From NCBI GenBank assembly GCA_018056375.1, contig JAGPFQ010000001.1, positions 522,231 through 586,230 of the forward strand: DNA of 64,000 bases, read 5' to 3'. Below are positions 1 to 9,185 of this stretch, piece by piece; the stretch's first letter is position 1, and the number at the start of each line of letters is the position of its first letter. Under the pieces are notes generated by a model. The model was not told where the DNA came from, did not search any database, and was given only the letters and a program-made list of their open reading frames with translations. This DNA comes from Candidatus Dojkabacteria bacterium. GTDB lineage: Bacteria; Patescibacteriota; Dojkabacteria; SC72. Position numbers and translations under genes: made by a program.

Positions 1-129
1 TTGTCATTTTCCATATTTAGAGAATATCACTAATTTCTTACAGAACGATTACAATGCGAAACAATATTTCATATTTGAGAAACAACCCTCTATTCCAACA
101 ATTTATATATGTAATTAAAATCTATATAT

Positions 130-651
130 ATGAAAAATAAACACATTGGAGAAAATATTAGAATGTATAGGGTGAGAAAAGACCTTACCCAAAGAGAGTT
201 AGGTGATAAGATTGGCAAAACTTGGGAAATGATTTCTAGATATGAGACTGGTAAGAGTTCACCTATGAATCAGCTTACAAAATTAGCAGATGTACTAGAT
301 ATTCATCCTACTGATTTGTTAAGAGATAATCAGCAAGAGGTTATATATAGTTCTAACAGAATACCTCTGTTTACATCAATCCCTGAAAATGGAGATTTTG
401 TTAAAGGAAAAACATATACATTCTATCCTGCTCCTGATTGGGTAAAGGATATTGATATGGATGTGTTTGCAGTTGATATGAGTATTGTAGATGGAAGTAA
501 TGGATGTATATTTGTTTCTACTAAAGCTGATATAAAGAGTGGTGATAAAGTCTTAACATATACTGATGGGAATTTAGAGATAGTTGTACATAGAGGTAAT
601 TCAATTGGTCTTGTAGGAAAAGTGTTAGCTCAAGAGGTTAGGTTTGTTTGA
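130..651 (+). CDS. XRE-family HTH transcriptional regulator with C-terminal S24 (LexA/CI-like) peptidase-like domain
   Basis: N-terminal helix-turn-helix signature (LTQRELGDKIGKTWEMISRYETGKSSP). C-terminal beta-rich domain (VDMSIVDGSNG...GDKV...GKVLA) resembles the S24 Ser/Lys self-cleavage domain. Confidence 0.5.
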   Translation: MKNKHIGENIRMYRVRKDLTQRELGDKIGKTWEMISRYETGKSSPMNQLTKLADVLDIHPTDLLRDNQQEVIYSSNRIPLFTSIPENGDFVKGKTYTFYPAPDWVKDIDMDVFAVDMSIVDGSNGCIFVSTKADIKSGDKVLTYTDGNLEIVVHRGNSIGLVGKVLAQEVRFV

Positions 652-654
652 TTA

Positions 655-694
655 GGGTAAGACTAAAGATAGTCTCACCCCAATCTTTTTATTT
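655..694 (+). terminator. Rho-independent terminator after the XRE/S24 gene
   Basis: GGGTAAGACT/AGTCTCACCC stem with one mismatch and loop AAAGAT, followed by CAATCTTTTTATTT. Confidence 0.4.
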
Positions 695-698
695 CACC

Positions 699-2327
699 TT
701 ACATCATTCCTGGGATAGCTCCAGCATTCATATCTTCTGCATGATTATGACCTTTCTCTTCAGGGATGTCTGCTACTACTGCTTCTGTAGTTATTAACAT
801 TGAAGCAACAGATACTGCATTTGTTAGAACAAGTCTTGTAACTTTAACTGGGTCGATGATACCTTCTTTAATCATATCTACAAATTCACCTGTCTTTGCA
901 TTATATCCTGTACTACCTTCACATTTAGAAGCTATTACAGCCCCATCCTCACCAGCATTTTCAACTATTTGCTTAAGAGGTTCACTGAGAACAGATCTAA
1001 GTATCTCTACTCCTAACTGCTCCTCTGCATCTTCCAATTTAACTTTATCCAAAACCTTCTTAGCATTATGAAGAGCCAAACCACCACCAGCTACTACACC
1101 CTCTTCTATTGCAGCTCTAGTTGCATTAAGAGCATCCTCTATTCTCATCTTCTTTTCCTTAGCTTCTACTTCAGATGCTGCACCTACTTTGATAACTGCA
1201 ACACCACCTGCAAGTTTTGCTAATCTCTCTTGTAACTTTTCTTTATCATATTCAGATGTAGTATTCTCAATCTGAGCTTTTATCTCTTTAATTCTATCCT
1301 CTAAATTCTTTTTCTCACCCTTACCTTCTACTATGATTGTTTTCTCCTTAGTAACAATGACTTTCTTAGCAGAACCTAAATCTATTAAATCAACAGACTC
1401 TAGTGTCTTACCTAATTCCTCAGATACAAAATCTGCTCCTGTTAGTACTGCTAAGTCCTTCAACATCTCTTTCTTCCTGTCTCCAAAACCAGGTGCTTTT
1501 ACTGCAACAACATCTAATGTTCCTCTTAACTTGTTAACTACCAATGTTGCTAATGCCTGATTTTCAATCTCTTCTGCAATGATTACAAGGGGTCTATCTG
1601 CAGCACCTAACACCTTTTCTGCAATAGCTTGAATATCCTGTAAGTTAGATAGTTTTTTGTCTGTAATGAAGATATAAGGATTATCCATAACAGCTTCTAG
1701 TGTTTCTGCATTGTTTACAAAGTAAGGACTAACATATCCATTATCAAACTCCATACCTTCAGTATATTCAACTTCATCTTTAAAACCTTTAGCTTCTTCT
1801 ACTGTGATAACTCCATCTTTTCCTACCTTCTCAAACACCCCTGCTATCATCTCACCTAAAACAGAATCATTATTGGTAGATATTGTTGCAACTTGTGCAA
1901 TCTCTTCTTTACTTGAAATCTTTTTAGCCTTCTTTGATAGTTCTTCTAGTACAACATCTGTTGCTTTATCTAATCCCCTCTTAAGAGAAATAGGGTTTGC
2001 TCCAGCAGTAACATTTTTAAAACCAACACCTGCTATTGCCTGTGCTAATACTGTTACTGTTGTTGTACCATCTCCAGCTAAGTCATTCACTCTACTGGAT
2101 GCTTCTTTAATCATCTCAACACCAACATTCTTGAAAGGATCTTTTTCCTCTATCTCTTTTGCTACTGTAACACCATCTTTTGTAACAACTTGAGAACCAA
2201 ATGATTTTGCTATTGCAATATTTCTCCCTTTAGGACCAAGAGTTACTTTAACTGCATCTGAAATAGTGTCAACACCTTCCTTTAAAGCTCTTCTAGCTTG
2301 TTCGTTATATATTATTGATTTTGCCAT
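699..2327 (-). CDS. groL: Chaperonin GroEL (60 kDa)
   Basis: Full-length GroEL: [40 protein letters not shown]..., apical and equatorial motifs, C-terminal GGM-type tail (AIPGMM). Confidence 0.97.
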   Translation of the reverse strand: MAKSIIYNEQARRALKEGVDTISDAVKVTLGPKGRNIAIAKSFGSQVVTKDGVTVAKEIEEKDPFKNVGVEMIKEASSRVNDLAGDGTTTVTVLAQAIAGVGFKNVTAGANPISLKRGLDKATDVVLEELSKKAKKISSKEEIAQVATISTNNDSVLGEMIAGVFEKVGKDGVITVEEAKGFKDEVEYTEGMEFDNGYVSPYFVNNAETLEAVMDNPYIFITDKKLSNLQDIQAIAEKVLGAADRPLVIIAEEIENQALATLVVNKLRGTLDVVAVKAPGFGDRKKEMLKDLAVLTGADFVSEELGKTLESVDLIDLGSAKKVIVTKEKTIIVEGKGEKKNLEDRIKEIKAQIENTTSEYDKEKLQERLAKLAGGVAVIKVGAASEVEAKEKKMRIEDALNATRAAIEEGVVAGGGLALHNAKKVLDKVKLEDAEEQLGVEILRSVLSEPLKQIVENAGEDGAVIASKCEGSTGYNAKTGEFVDMIKEGIIDPVKVTRLVLTNAVSVASMLITTEAVVADIPEEKGHNHAEDMNAGAIPGMM

Positions 2328-2361
2328 ATTATGAAATATAATAATTTAGATTCTAAAATAA

Positions 2362-2661
2362 CTATTTAATAGTTGCTAAAATATCACCTGCATCTAAGAG
2401 AAGATACTTCTCTCCGTCTATTTCCAACTTGTCTGGTGAATATTTTTTAAAGTATACTCTGTCTCCAACTTTTACATCGAATGTTACTTCTTTACCATCA
2501 ACTTTTCCTTCCCCCAACTTAACAATTACTCCTGTTTCTGGGGTCTGGTCATCTGCTGATGAAGGAGGTAAAAGTAAACCACCTTTTGTTGTTTCCTCAA
2601 ATGCATCTGGAGAAACTAATACTCTATGACCTAATGGTCTGATTTTGACATCTTTTGCCAT
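2362..2661 (-). CDS. groS: Co-chaperonin GroES (10 kDa)
   Basis: MAKDVKIRPLGHRVLVSP...GGLLLP mobile-loop motif. Lies immediately upstream of groEL in the same orientation. The ORF track begins two codons earlier (MYMAK). Confidence 0.93.
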   Translation of the reverse strand: MAKDVKIRPLGHRVLVSPDAFEETTKGGLLLPPSSADDQTPETGVIVKLGEGKVDGKEVTFDVKVGDRVYFKKYSPDKLEIDGEKYLLLDAGDILATIK

Positions 2662-2667
2662 ATACAT

Positions 2668-2694
2668 TTAGCAGATAAATTTAACGATTGCTAA
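2668..2694 (-). promoter_or_regulatory. CIRCE-like inverted repeat (candidate HrcA operator) upstream of groES
   Basis: On the minus strand reads TTAGCAATC-N9-ATCTGCTAA. The 9-N9-9 architecture and conserved TTAGCA/TGCTAA arms match the CIRCE consensus TTAGCACTC-N9-GAGTGCTAA. A near-identical element lies upstream of dnaJ. Confidence 0.5.
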
Positions 2695-2744
2695 CGATTG
2701 TAACACAAAGATGTAGAAATATACAAGTACAGAGAAACTATGTA

Positions 2745-4169
2745 CTAGTGGGTATCTTTGTCATCATCAGATTCGTTTTGAGCATGCACTTTCTTTTTTC
2801 CAAAGAAATCAATTGCTACCCTTAACTCTTCTTTCTCTTTTGCATACTCTTCAAGAGGAATTTTCTTCTCCCACGCTTCATATGCTTGTAATACGGCTGT
2901 TGCTCCTGATTTCGTACCCATTGGATGAGAATGCACTCCTCCACCCATTGTTGTAATGAAGTCTCGAGTTCCAATTATGTCTAAAAATTCACCGATTAGA
3001 GTGGGATTAAGACCTCCTGAGATTATTGGACAAGTCTTTTTGGTAATTCTCCACAAACCAAGATCCTCATAGTCTTCTCCTTTTTCTTCCATCTCTATTG
3101 CTTTTACTAAATCAACATCCTTTTCTGGAATCTCTGCCCATACTTGGTTAAAGAAATCTCCTTTAGAGAAAAGTCTTAAAGCATGATTTGCAGCCATAAC
3201 ATCTTCCTTAGGTGAACCTGCCATTTTACCTACTGCAGCCGTACCCGTATGGATACCAGAAGCACCAGCTAATCTAGCAAACTTAGTAAGCACGGGAACT
3301 GTAAAGCCAAAAGGAGTTTCTTCTCTAGTAAAAGCCCCATGACCTGCTCTATGGAAGTGTAAGAATACATCAGGATACCTTCTCCTAATTGTTTGTACAG
3401 CCATCCACCCTGCAGTTATACCATCGATTAGGAAAGCATAACTTCCTGGTTTCATTGTCGACCTTATAAGTTCAGCCCTCTCTATCATAGTATCATAGTC
3501 GGCAGCAGAAATATTAAAAGAGTGAACTTTTGTCTTACCTGTTTCCTTTTCAACTCTATCCATAGCATATCTAACATCTCTAACCATAAAATCAAATGGT
3601 GCGAAGTCCTGATCTGCTTGAGGTTCATCATTTTTTACAAAATCACCACCTCCACTCCAGAAATCATAACAAAGCTCTGCATATTCTGATGATGTTAGAC
3701 CTATCTTTGGTTTTATAATAGTTCCTAATACTGGCCTATTATCAATATTAAGATATTCTTTCATCTCTTTGATTGTATAGCTTGGTCCTTCATAGTGAAC
3801 TAACATTTGTGGTGGGAAATACACATCTAGAAGCTTACACTCTTCTAAAGATGACATACCAAAGACATTGCCAGCTAGAAAAGTAATTATATTTTGTACA
3901 TTTCCACCCCTATCAAAAATTCTCCAAGGGTAAGCTATCCAAACAAGATTTCTTGTCTCATCTATTCTGTAAATCCTAGCATTCATACTTTCAGAATATG
4001 AGGTAGCTGCTTTAATTTTGACATTTGAACCGGTTGAAGATTCTGCAGCGACTTCTGTTGCAACATCATCTAAAGGAATACCATTTTTCCCTTTAATTCT
4101 ATATACAGCTAAAAGAAATTGACCATTAAAAACTTCTTGGTCACCTAATTTAAGATACTGAAGTTGCAT
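2745..4169 (-). CDS. rbcL: Ribulose-1,5-bisphosphate carboxylase large subunit, form II/III (archaeal-type)
   Basis: GTIIKPKIGL (K175/K177), GGGDFVKNDE (carbamylated K201, D203, E204), LHFHRAGHGAFTR (H294/R295), GIHTGTAAVGKMAG (H327/K334), GGGVHSHP (loop 6 / phosphate-binding region) and LAGNVFG (N123). All catalytic residues are present, so it is not a RuBisCO-like protein. Confidence 0.9.
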   Translation of the reverse strand: MQLQYLKLGDQEVFNGQFLLAVYRIKGKNGIPLDDVATEVAAESSTGSNVKIKAATSYSESMNARIYRIDETRNLVWIAYPWRIFDRGGNVQNIITFLAGNVFGMSSLEECKLLDVYFPPQMLVHYEGPSYTIKEMKEYLNIDNRPVLGTIIKPKIGLTSSEYAELCYDFWSGGGDFVKNDEPQADQDFAPFDFMVRDVRYAMDRVEKETGKTKVHSFNISAADYDTMIERAELIRSTMKPGSYAFLIDGITAGWMAVQTIRRRYPDVFLHFHRAGHGAFTREETPFGFTVPVLTKFARLAGASGIHTGTAAVGKMAGSPKEDVMAANHALRLFSKGDFFNQVWAEIPEKDVDLVKAIEMEEKGEDYEDLGLWRITKKTCPIISGGLNPTLIGEFLDIIGTRDFITTMGGGVHSHPMGTKSGATAVLQAYEAWEKKIPLEEYAKEKEELRVAIDFFGKKKVHAQNESDDDKDTH

Positions 4170-4236
4170 AATCGGGCAGATTAAAATTTATCTACTTAAA
4201 GAATACTCTATTTTTTGGAAAAACAAAAGTTTAGAA

Positions 4237-5793
4237 TTAGACTTTTTTATAACAGAAGATGCTATCACCTTCTATTGCATCGACATCTTCAAATAGTTGG
4301 ATTCCACATTCAAAACCATTTTTTACTTCATTAACCTGATCTTTATTGATCCTTAAGCTCTTAATTTTGCTCTCTCCTACTATTTCATCATCTCTAACAA
4401 TATATACCTTACAATCTCTCTTCATCATCCCCTTTTCTACTTTACTACCTAATACCTTACTACCATCAGACAAAGTAAATATGATTTTCACCTTAGCACT
4501 ACCTATCTCTTCCTCAGTTTCTTCTGGGAGAGAGAGAACTGCTAGAGCTTCTTCAATCTCTTCAAAAATTCTATAGATGACATCATATGTTTTAACTAAA
4601 ACTTTTTTCTTTTTAGCATAATCTGCAACACCAGGTTCTACCTGTACTTCAAAACCAAGAACTATCGCTTTAGATAGTTCAGCGAATTCAACATCTCTAA
4701 GAGTAATATTACCTACACCAGAATCAACGATGTCTACAGAATAGTCATCTTCTACAATTTTACTTAGTGTATTTTTAATAGCTTCTAAAGAACCCTCAGA
4801 GGAACTTTTCACTATAACTTTTAGTTTCTCTCCTTCTTCCTCTACATCAGAACCAAAGAAAAAGTCCTCTATATTCATCTCTGCATCCTCTGTAATTTCG
4901 ACTTCTTCCTCTTTTATCTTAATTACTGATTCTAAGAGTTTAAGATTATTAGAAGAAAGAATATATCCAGTTGTGCCTAGTTCCAACAACTTTGAGAGAC
5001 CAATCACTTTACCACCACAACCACATTCTACAATACAAAGTTTTTGGTCTTCTTCTGTTATTAATCCTTTAATCTTCTCTATGTAAAGTTTGTCATCGAC
5101 TTTGTATCCAAACCAATTCCCTTCGCAAATATTACCCTGCACTAAAACAATTGAGGAAACATTACCTTTGAATTCATCCTTTACTGACTCCAAAACGAAA
5201 GCTTTTCCTAAAACTCCTTTAGGTAGTTTAATATCTTCCCTTAAACCTTCAACTTCAGCAACAAGGAGTATCAGGTCTAAGAGTTCTAATATTCCCTTCC
5301 CTGTTCTTGCTGAAACTTCGATAACAGGTATATTACCTCCAAAACCCTCTAACTGTAGACCTGCATTGGTAACCTCTCGCTTAACCTTTTCTAAGTCTAT
5401 ATCAGGTAAATCAACTTTATTAATCACAACTATTGGTTTTGCTGTAGATTCTTTAATTATATCTATCGATTCTTTAGTTTGTGGTTGAACTCCATCATTT
5501 GCAGCAACTACTAAGAGAACTATGTCCGCAATACTCCCACCTCTTGTTCTCATTAAGTCAAAAGCTTCATGACCAGGAGTATCTACAAATGTAATTTCTT
5601 GTTCTGTTTTAGGAATATTTACAGTAAAAACTGAAACTTTCTGTGTTATGCCTCCAGCTTCAGAGCTTTGAACATCTGCCTCTCTTATTTTATCAAGAAT
5701 AGATGTCTTTCCATGATCAACATGGCCAAGAATTGTAACAATTGGTGTCCTTGTTTTTTTCTTTGGTTGTATTTTTTTATCACTTCTTGCCAT
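4237..5793 (-). CDS. infB: Translation initiation factor IF-2 (short form, G domain to C2 domain)
   Basis: G-domain motifs GHVDHGKTS, DTPGH and NKVD. Downstream of nusA in the canonical nusA-infB arrangement. Confidence 0.93.
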   Translation of the reverse strand: MARSDKKIQPKKKTRTPIVTILGHVDHGKTSILDKIREADVQSSEAGGITQKVSVFTVNIPKTEQEITFVDTPGHEAFDLMRTRGGSIADIVLLVVAANDGVQPQTKESIDIIKESTAKPIVVINKVDLPDIDLEKVKREVTNAGLQLEGFGGNIPVIEVSARTGKGILELLDLILLVAEVEGLREDIKLPKGVLGKAFVLESVKDEFKGNVSSIVLVQGNICEGNWFGYKVDDKLYIEKIKGLITEEDQKLCIVECGCGGKVIGLSKLLELGTTGYILSSNNLKLLESVIKIKEEEVEITEDAEMNIEDFFFGSDVEEEGEKLKVIVKSSSEGSLEAIKNTLSKIVEDDYSVDIVDSGVGNITLRDVEFAELSKAIVLGFEVQVEPGVADYAKKKKVLVKTYDVIYRIFEEIEEALAVLSLPEETEEEIGSAKVKIIFTLSDGSKVLGSKVEKGMMKRDCKVYIVRDDEIVGESKIKSLRINKDQVNEVKNGFECGIQLFEDVDAIEGDSIFCYKKV

Positions 5794-5814
5794 GTTGTAT
5801 TTAAAAGTATTAAA

Positions 5815-7020
5815 TTACTCTTCCTTTGCTTTTTCATCAGTACTCTTTTCTACTGTTTCGTCTGTAATTTCTTCTTTGTTCTCTGCTCCAACCTCACCTT
5901 TTACTTCTTCTTTTTCTTCAATCTCTTCAGTTATTTCAACATCTTCCTTTTTATCCTCTTTTTGCTCTTCTTCTAAAGCTTCTGGATCTGCTGGTACAAT
6001 ATCTATCTTAACTCCAGTAAGTTTCCATGCCAATCTGACATTCTGACCCTCTCGACCAATAGCTAGTGAAAGTTGATCATTAGGTACTGTAACAACTGCT
6101 GTATCTCCATCGATCTTCACATCATCTATCTTTGCAGGACTTAAAGAATTCTCTACAAATTTTTCTAAATCCTCATTCCACTCTATAATATCAATCTTCT
6201 CTTCACCAAGTTCATTCATTACATTTGCAATTCTAACTCCCCTCTGTCCTACACATGAGCCAATTGGATCTATACCTTCTTGATTTGAGCTAACAGCAAC
6301 TTTACTCCTAGAGCCAGCCTCTCTTGCAATAGCTTTTACTTCTATCACACCGCTCTCTATCTCTGGAACCTCAAGTTTAAAAAGTCCTACCAAAAAATTA
6401 GAATCTGATCTTGAAACAACCATTTGAGAATCTACAATATCCTTAAGTAAAACCTTATATCTTTCACCTAATCTATAGAACTCATTAGATATCTGCTCTT
6501 CCTGAGGCATGTATGCAGTTGCTTTTCCAATCTCAAACACAACCTGACCTTTCTGCATCCTTTGCATTAGTGCTGTAAAGATTTCTCCAACTTTATCACT
6601 GTATTCACTGATAACTGCTTCTTTCTCAGATTCTCTTATCTTCTGTAAGATTACTTGTTTTGCTGTTTGAGCTGCAATTCTACCAAAATCTTCAGCAGGC
6701 ATTTCTATCTGTACTGAATCACCTACCTCAATATTGGGAGAGATTAATTCTGCCTCAGATATTGAGATCTCCCTCTCTTTGTTTTTAACCTTCTTAACAA
6801 CTTCTTTAGTAGCTATTAATTTAAACTCACCACTCTCTCTACTAAGCTCAACAGACCAATTAGCAAGTTCTTCTTCCTCTGGCATATTTAAACCATATTT
6901 CTCTTTTTTGTATGCAACCAAGATAGCTTCTTCAAGAGCAATAAAAATCTCTTCTTTATCTATTCCTCTTTCAGCAGCAATCTGATTAATTGCTGTAATG
7001 AATTCTGATGTCATTGACAT
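5815..7020 (-). CDS. nusA: Transcription termination/antitermination factor NusA
   Basis: N-terminal domain, S1 domain and two KH domains (GSCVGQRGVRIANV; LSLAIGREGQNVRLA), plus an acidic C-terminal tail. Confidence 0.93.
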   Translation of the reverse strand: MSMTSEFITAINQIAAERGIDKEEIFIALEEAILVAYKKEKYGLNMPEEEELANWSVELSRESGEFKLIATKEVVKKVKNKEREISISEAELISPNIEVGDSVQIEMPAEDFGRIAAQTAKQVILQKIRESEKEAVISEYSDKVGEIFTALMQRMQKGQVVFEIGKATAYMPQEEQISNEFYRLGERYKVLLKDIVDSQMVVSRSDSNFLVGLFKLEVPEIESGVIEVKAIAREAGSRSKVAVSSNQEGIDPIGSCVGQRGVRIANVMNELGEEKIDIIEWNEDLEKFVENSLSPAKIDDVKIDGDTAVVTVPNDQLSLAIGREGQNVRLAWKLTGVKIDIVPADPEALEEEQKEDKKEDVEITEEIEEKEEVKGEVGAENKEEITDETVEKSTDEKAKEE

Positions 7021-7063
7021 AAATTTATTTTATTAAAATTTATTTCTTCAAAATCAACATATT

Positions 7064-7092
7064 GAAAAAAAGGTGAGTTTTATCCTCACCCT
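7064..7092 (-). terminator. Rho-independent terminator downstream of dnaJ
   Basis: Minus-strand hairpin GGTGAG(GATAAAA)CTCACC followed by TTTTTTT. Confidence 0.5.
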
Positions 7093-7172
7093 TTCCTTCG
7101 TATTACTTTCCGCTACCAGTATATCACAATCAAACAAGTAGGTCAAAATTTTTATTTATCAATACATGACAT

Positions 7173-8270
7173 CTAGTTAATCCCTGATAGCTCCTCCCAA
7201 AGTTTCTTCTCTTCCCTACTTAATCTCGTTGGGATATCAATGTTTACCCTTACATAATGGTCTCCTCTTGAATCCTGAGAACCTAGAATATATGCACCTT
7301 TCCCTTTTATCTTAAATATCGTTGATGACTGTGTACCTTTAGGAATTTTAAGTTTAACATCTTCAAATATAGTTGAAACTGATATAACTCCACCTAGAAC
7401 TGCAGTATATACAGGTATGCTAGTTTCAGAATAGATGTCATTTCCTCTCCTTTCAAATTCGATAGAAGTCTCAACTTCTATCTCAATATATAAATCACCA
7501 GTACTTCCTCCATTTCTTCCAGTATTTCCACCACCTCTAAATCTTAAAACCATACCATCATATGCTCCCGCAGGTACTTTGATTTTCATCTCCTCTTGCT
7601 CTGTTTTAATTCCAGAACCTTTACATTCACTACATGGGTCTTCAACAACAGAACCTGTACCATGACATTTAGAACATGTACTCATTACTGCCATTTGACC
7701 AAGGAATGTGTTTCTTACCTGTTGTTCTTGACCACTACCATTACAAACAGGACATACTTTCTGCTTACCATCCTTACTTCCACTACCTTCACATTTTCCA
7801 CAAGCATGGTCTCTAGTAATCCTTACCTTAAAATCACCACCTTCCATTGCCTCAAGAAATTTCAATCTAATGCTATAACGAATATCTGAGCCTGTATTAC
7901 TAGCTGAAGTCCTGCCTCCTGTACCAAAATCAAATCCAAACCCACCTCCCATATTCCCACCAAAGATAGTACTGAAAATATCCCCCATATCAAAAGGAGT
8001 ACCTCCAAAATCTGTATACCCTCCACCAGAAGTTCCAGAACTAAATCCTGCTGTCCCTGCATGTCCATAGGTATCATAAGCACTCCTCTTGGAATCATCA
8101 GAAAGCACCTCGTATGCTTCCTGTACCTCCTTAAATTTTTCCTCAGCACCAGATTCTTTATTAGTATCAGGATGATACTTCTTCACCAATTTCCTGTATG
8201 CCTTTTTTATCTCAGAAGCAGATGCATCTTTACTCACTCCTAAGACTTCATAGTAATCTCTTTTTTCCAT
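7173..8270 (-). CDS. dnaJ: Chaperone DnaJ (Hsp40)
   Basis: J domain with HPD (YYEVLGV...KYHPDTN), a Gly-rich linker, and four CxxCxGxG zinc-finger repeats. Confidence 0.93.
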   Translation of the reverse strand: MEKRDYYEVLGVSKDASASEIKKAYRKLVKKYHPDTNKESGAEEKFKEVQEAYEVLSDDSKRSAYDTYGHAGTAGFSSGTSGGGYTDFGGTPFDMGDIFSTIFGGNMGGGFGFDFGTGGRTSASNTGSDIRYSIRLKFLEAMEGGDFKVRITRDHACGKCEGSGSKDGKQKVCPVCNGSGQEQQVRNTFLGQMAVMSTCSKCHGTGSVVEDPCSECKGSGIKTEQEEMKIKVPAGAYDGMVLRFRGGGNTGRNGGSTGDLYIEIEVETSIEFERRGNDIYSETSIPVYTAVLGGVISVSTIFEDVKLKIPKGTQSSTIFKIKGKGAYILGSQDSRGDHYVRVNIDIPTRLSREEKKLWEELSGIN

Positions 8271-8282
8271 AGCTGAAATATT

Positions 8283-8309
8283 TTAGCAGATAATCAAATC
8301 AATTGCTAC
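8283..8309 (-). promoter_or_regulatory. CIRCE-like inverted repeat upstream of dnaJ
   Basis: Plus strand TTAGCAGAT-AATCAAATC-AATTGCTAC. Shares TTAGCAGATAA...ATTGCTA with the groES-upstream element (2668..2694). Sits 13-39 nt upstream of the dnaJ start. Confidence 0.5.
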
Positions 8310-8372
8310 TGCAAATTTCAATTTCTTCATCTAAAAGTTTCCCCATTAGTAAAAATCTGCTAATATGGATAT

Positions 8373-9167
8373 ATGGACAACAATGGATGGAATATTGACA
8401 CCGAAGATGTCAAAAAAGTCAAAAAAACAAGACTGATAGTATCTCTCATACTCTCTTTCTCTGGTTTAGCTGTAATTGCAAGTCAAGTCATCCCACTTCT
8501 AGGATCATATCTTGATGGTGTTGTAGCACAGAAAAGAGAAGAGATTAAGGCAGAACCTGTACCAGAAGCATACAAGAAATACATTGAAGATGAGTTTGCA
8601 TATTACGATCCAGGTAGAAGTTATTTTGCAAATCTTACAGAGCAATTGGGTGTTCTTGGAGCTGCTACTGTATACAATGCCAAAATGAACCAGCAAGTTC
8701 CTATCAAAATTGATGAGCAGTACAACAAAAACATGTATATTACAATAGATAGTATTGGTATTAGAAATATTAAAATATCACCAAATGTAGAGAGCTCAGA
8801 TGAGAATGTTTATAACAAATACCTTAAAGGTGGTGTAGCACATTTCAAAGGAACTCCTGTACCTGGGGATGGAGGTAATTCCTTTATTTATGGACATAGT
8901 GCAGTAGAAGCTTTCTTTAGGAGACATCAGGATTACCCAGAAACTATATTTTCCAGATTGGACGGAATAGATATAGGGCAAGAAGTTGTTATAAGGAAGG
9001 ATAATTCTGATCTTAGATATGTAGTAAGAAGTAAAAAGATAGTAGAACCCACAGATTTTTCGGTATTACAACCTTCTAGGAGTAAGGAGACTGTTACATT
9101 GATGACTTGTTGGCCTCTTGGTATTGGTACAAAAAGATTAATTGTGACTGCTGAAAGAAAGATTTAA
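8373..9167 (+). CDS. Sortase-family transpeptidase (membrane-anchored)
   Basis: N-terminal TM segment. Catalytic His in FIYGHSA, TLMTCWP (TLxTC active-site Cys) and a downstream conserved Arg (KRLIVTAER). Confidence 0.65.
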   Translation: MDNNGWNIDTEDVKKVKKTRLIVSLILSFSGLAVIASQVIPLLGSYLDGVVAQKREEIKAEPVPEAYKKYIEDEFAYYDPGRSYFANLTEQLGVLGAATVYNAKMNQQVPIKIDEQYNKNMYITIDSIGIRNIKISPNVESSDENVYNKYLKGGVAHFKGTPVPGDGGNSFIYGHSAVEAFFRRHQDYPETIFSRLDGIDIGQEVVIRKDNSDLRYVVRSKKIVEPTDFSVLQPSRSKETVTLMTCWPLGIGTKRLIVTAERKI

Positions 9168-9185
9168 GTTTACATTGGTAATGAA

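Noticed and set aside
766-2193. Antisense ORFs inside groEL (766..1071, 1333..1560, 1804..2193)
   Set aside because: They lie entirely within the well-supported GroEL frame on the opposite strand. Their products are low-complexity Ser/Thr-rich sequences typical of the antisense of AT-rich genes.
5668-6046. ORFs 5668..5976 and 5792..6046 spanning the infB/nusA junction
   Set aside because: They overlap bona fide infB and nusA on the opposite strand. They are Phe/Leu/Ser-rich low-complexity translations with no independent support.
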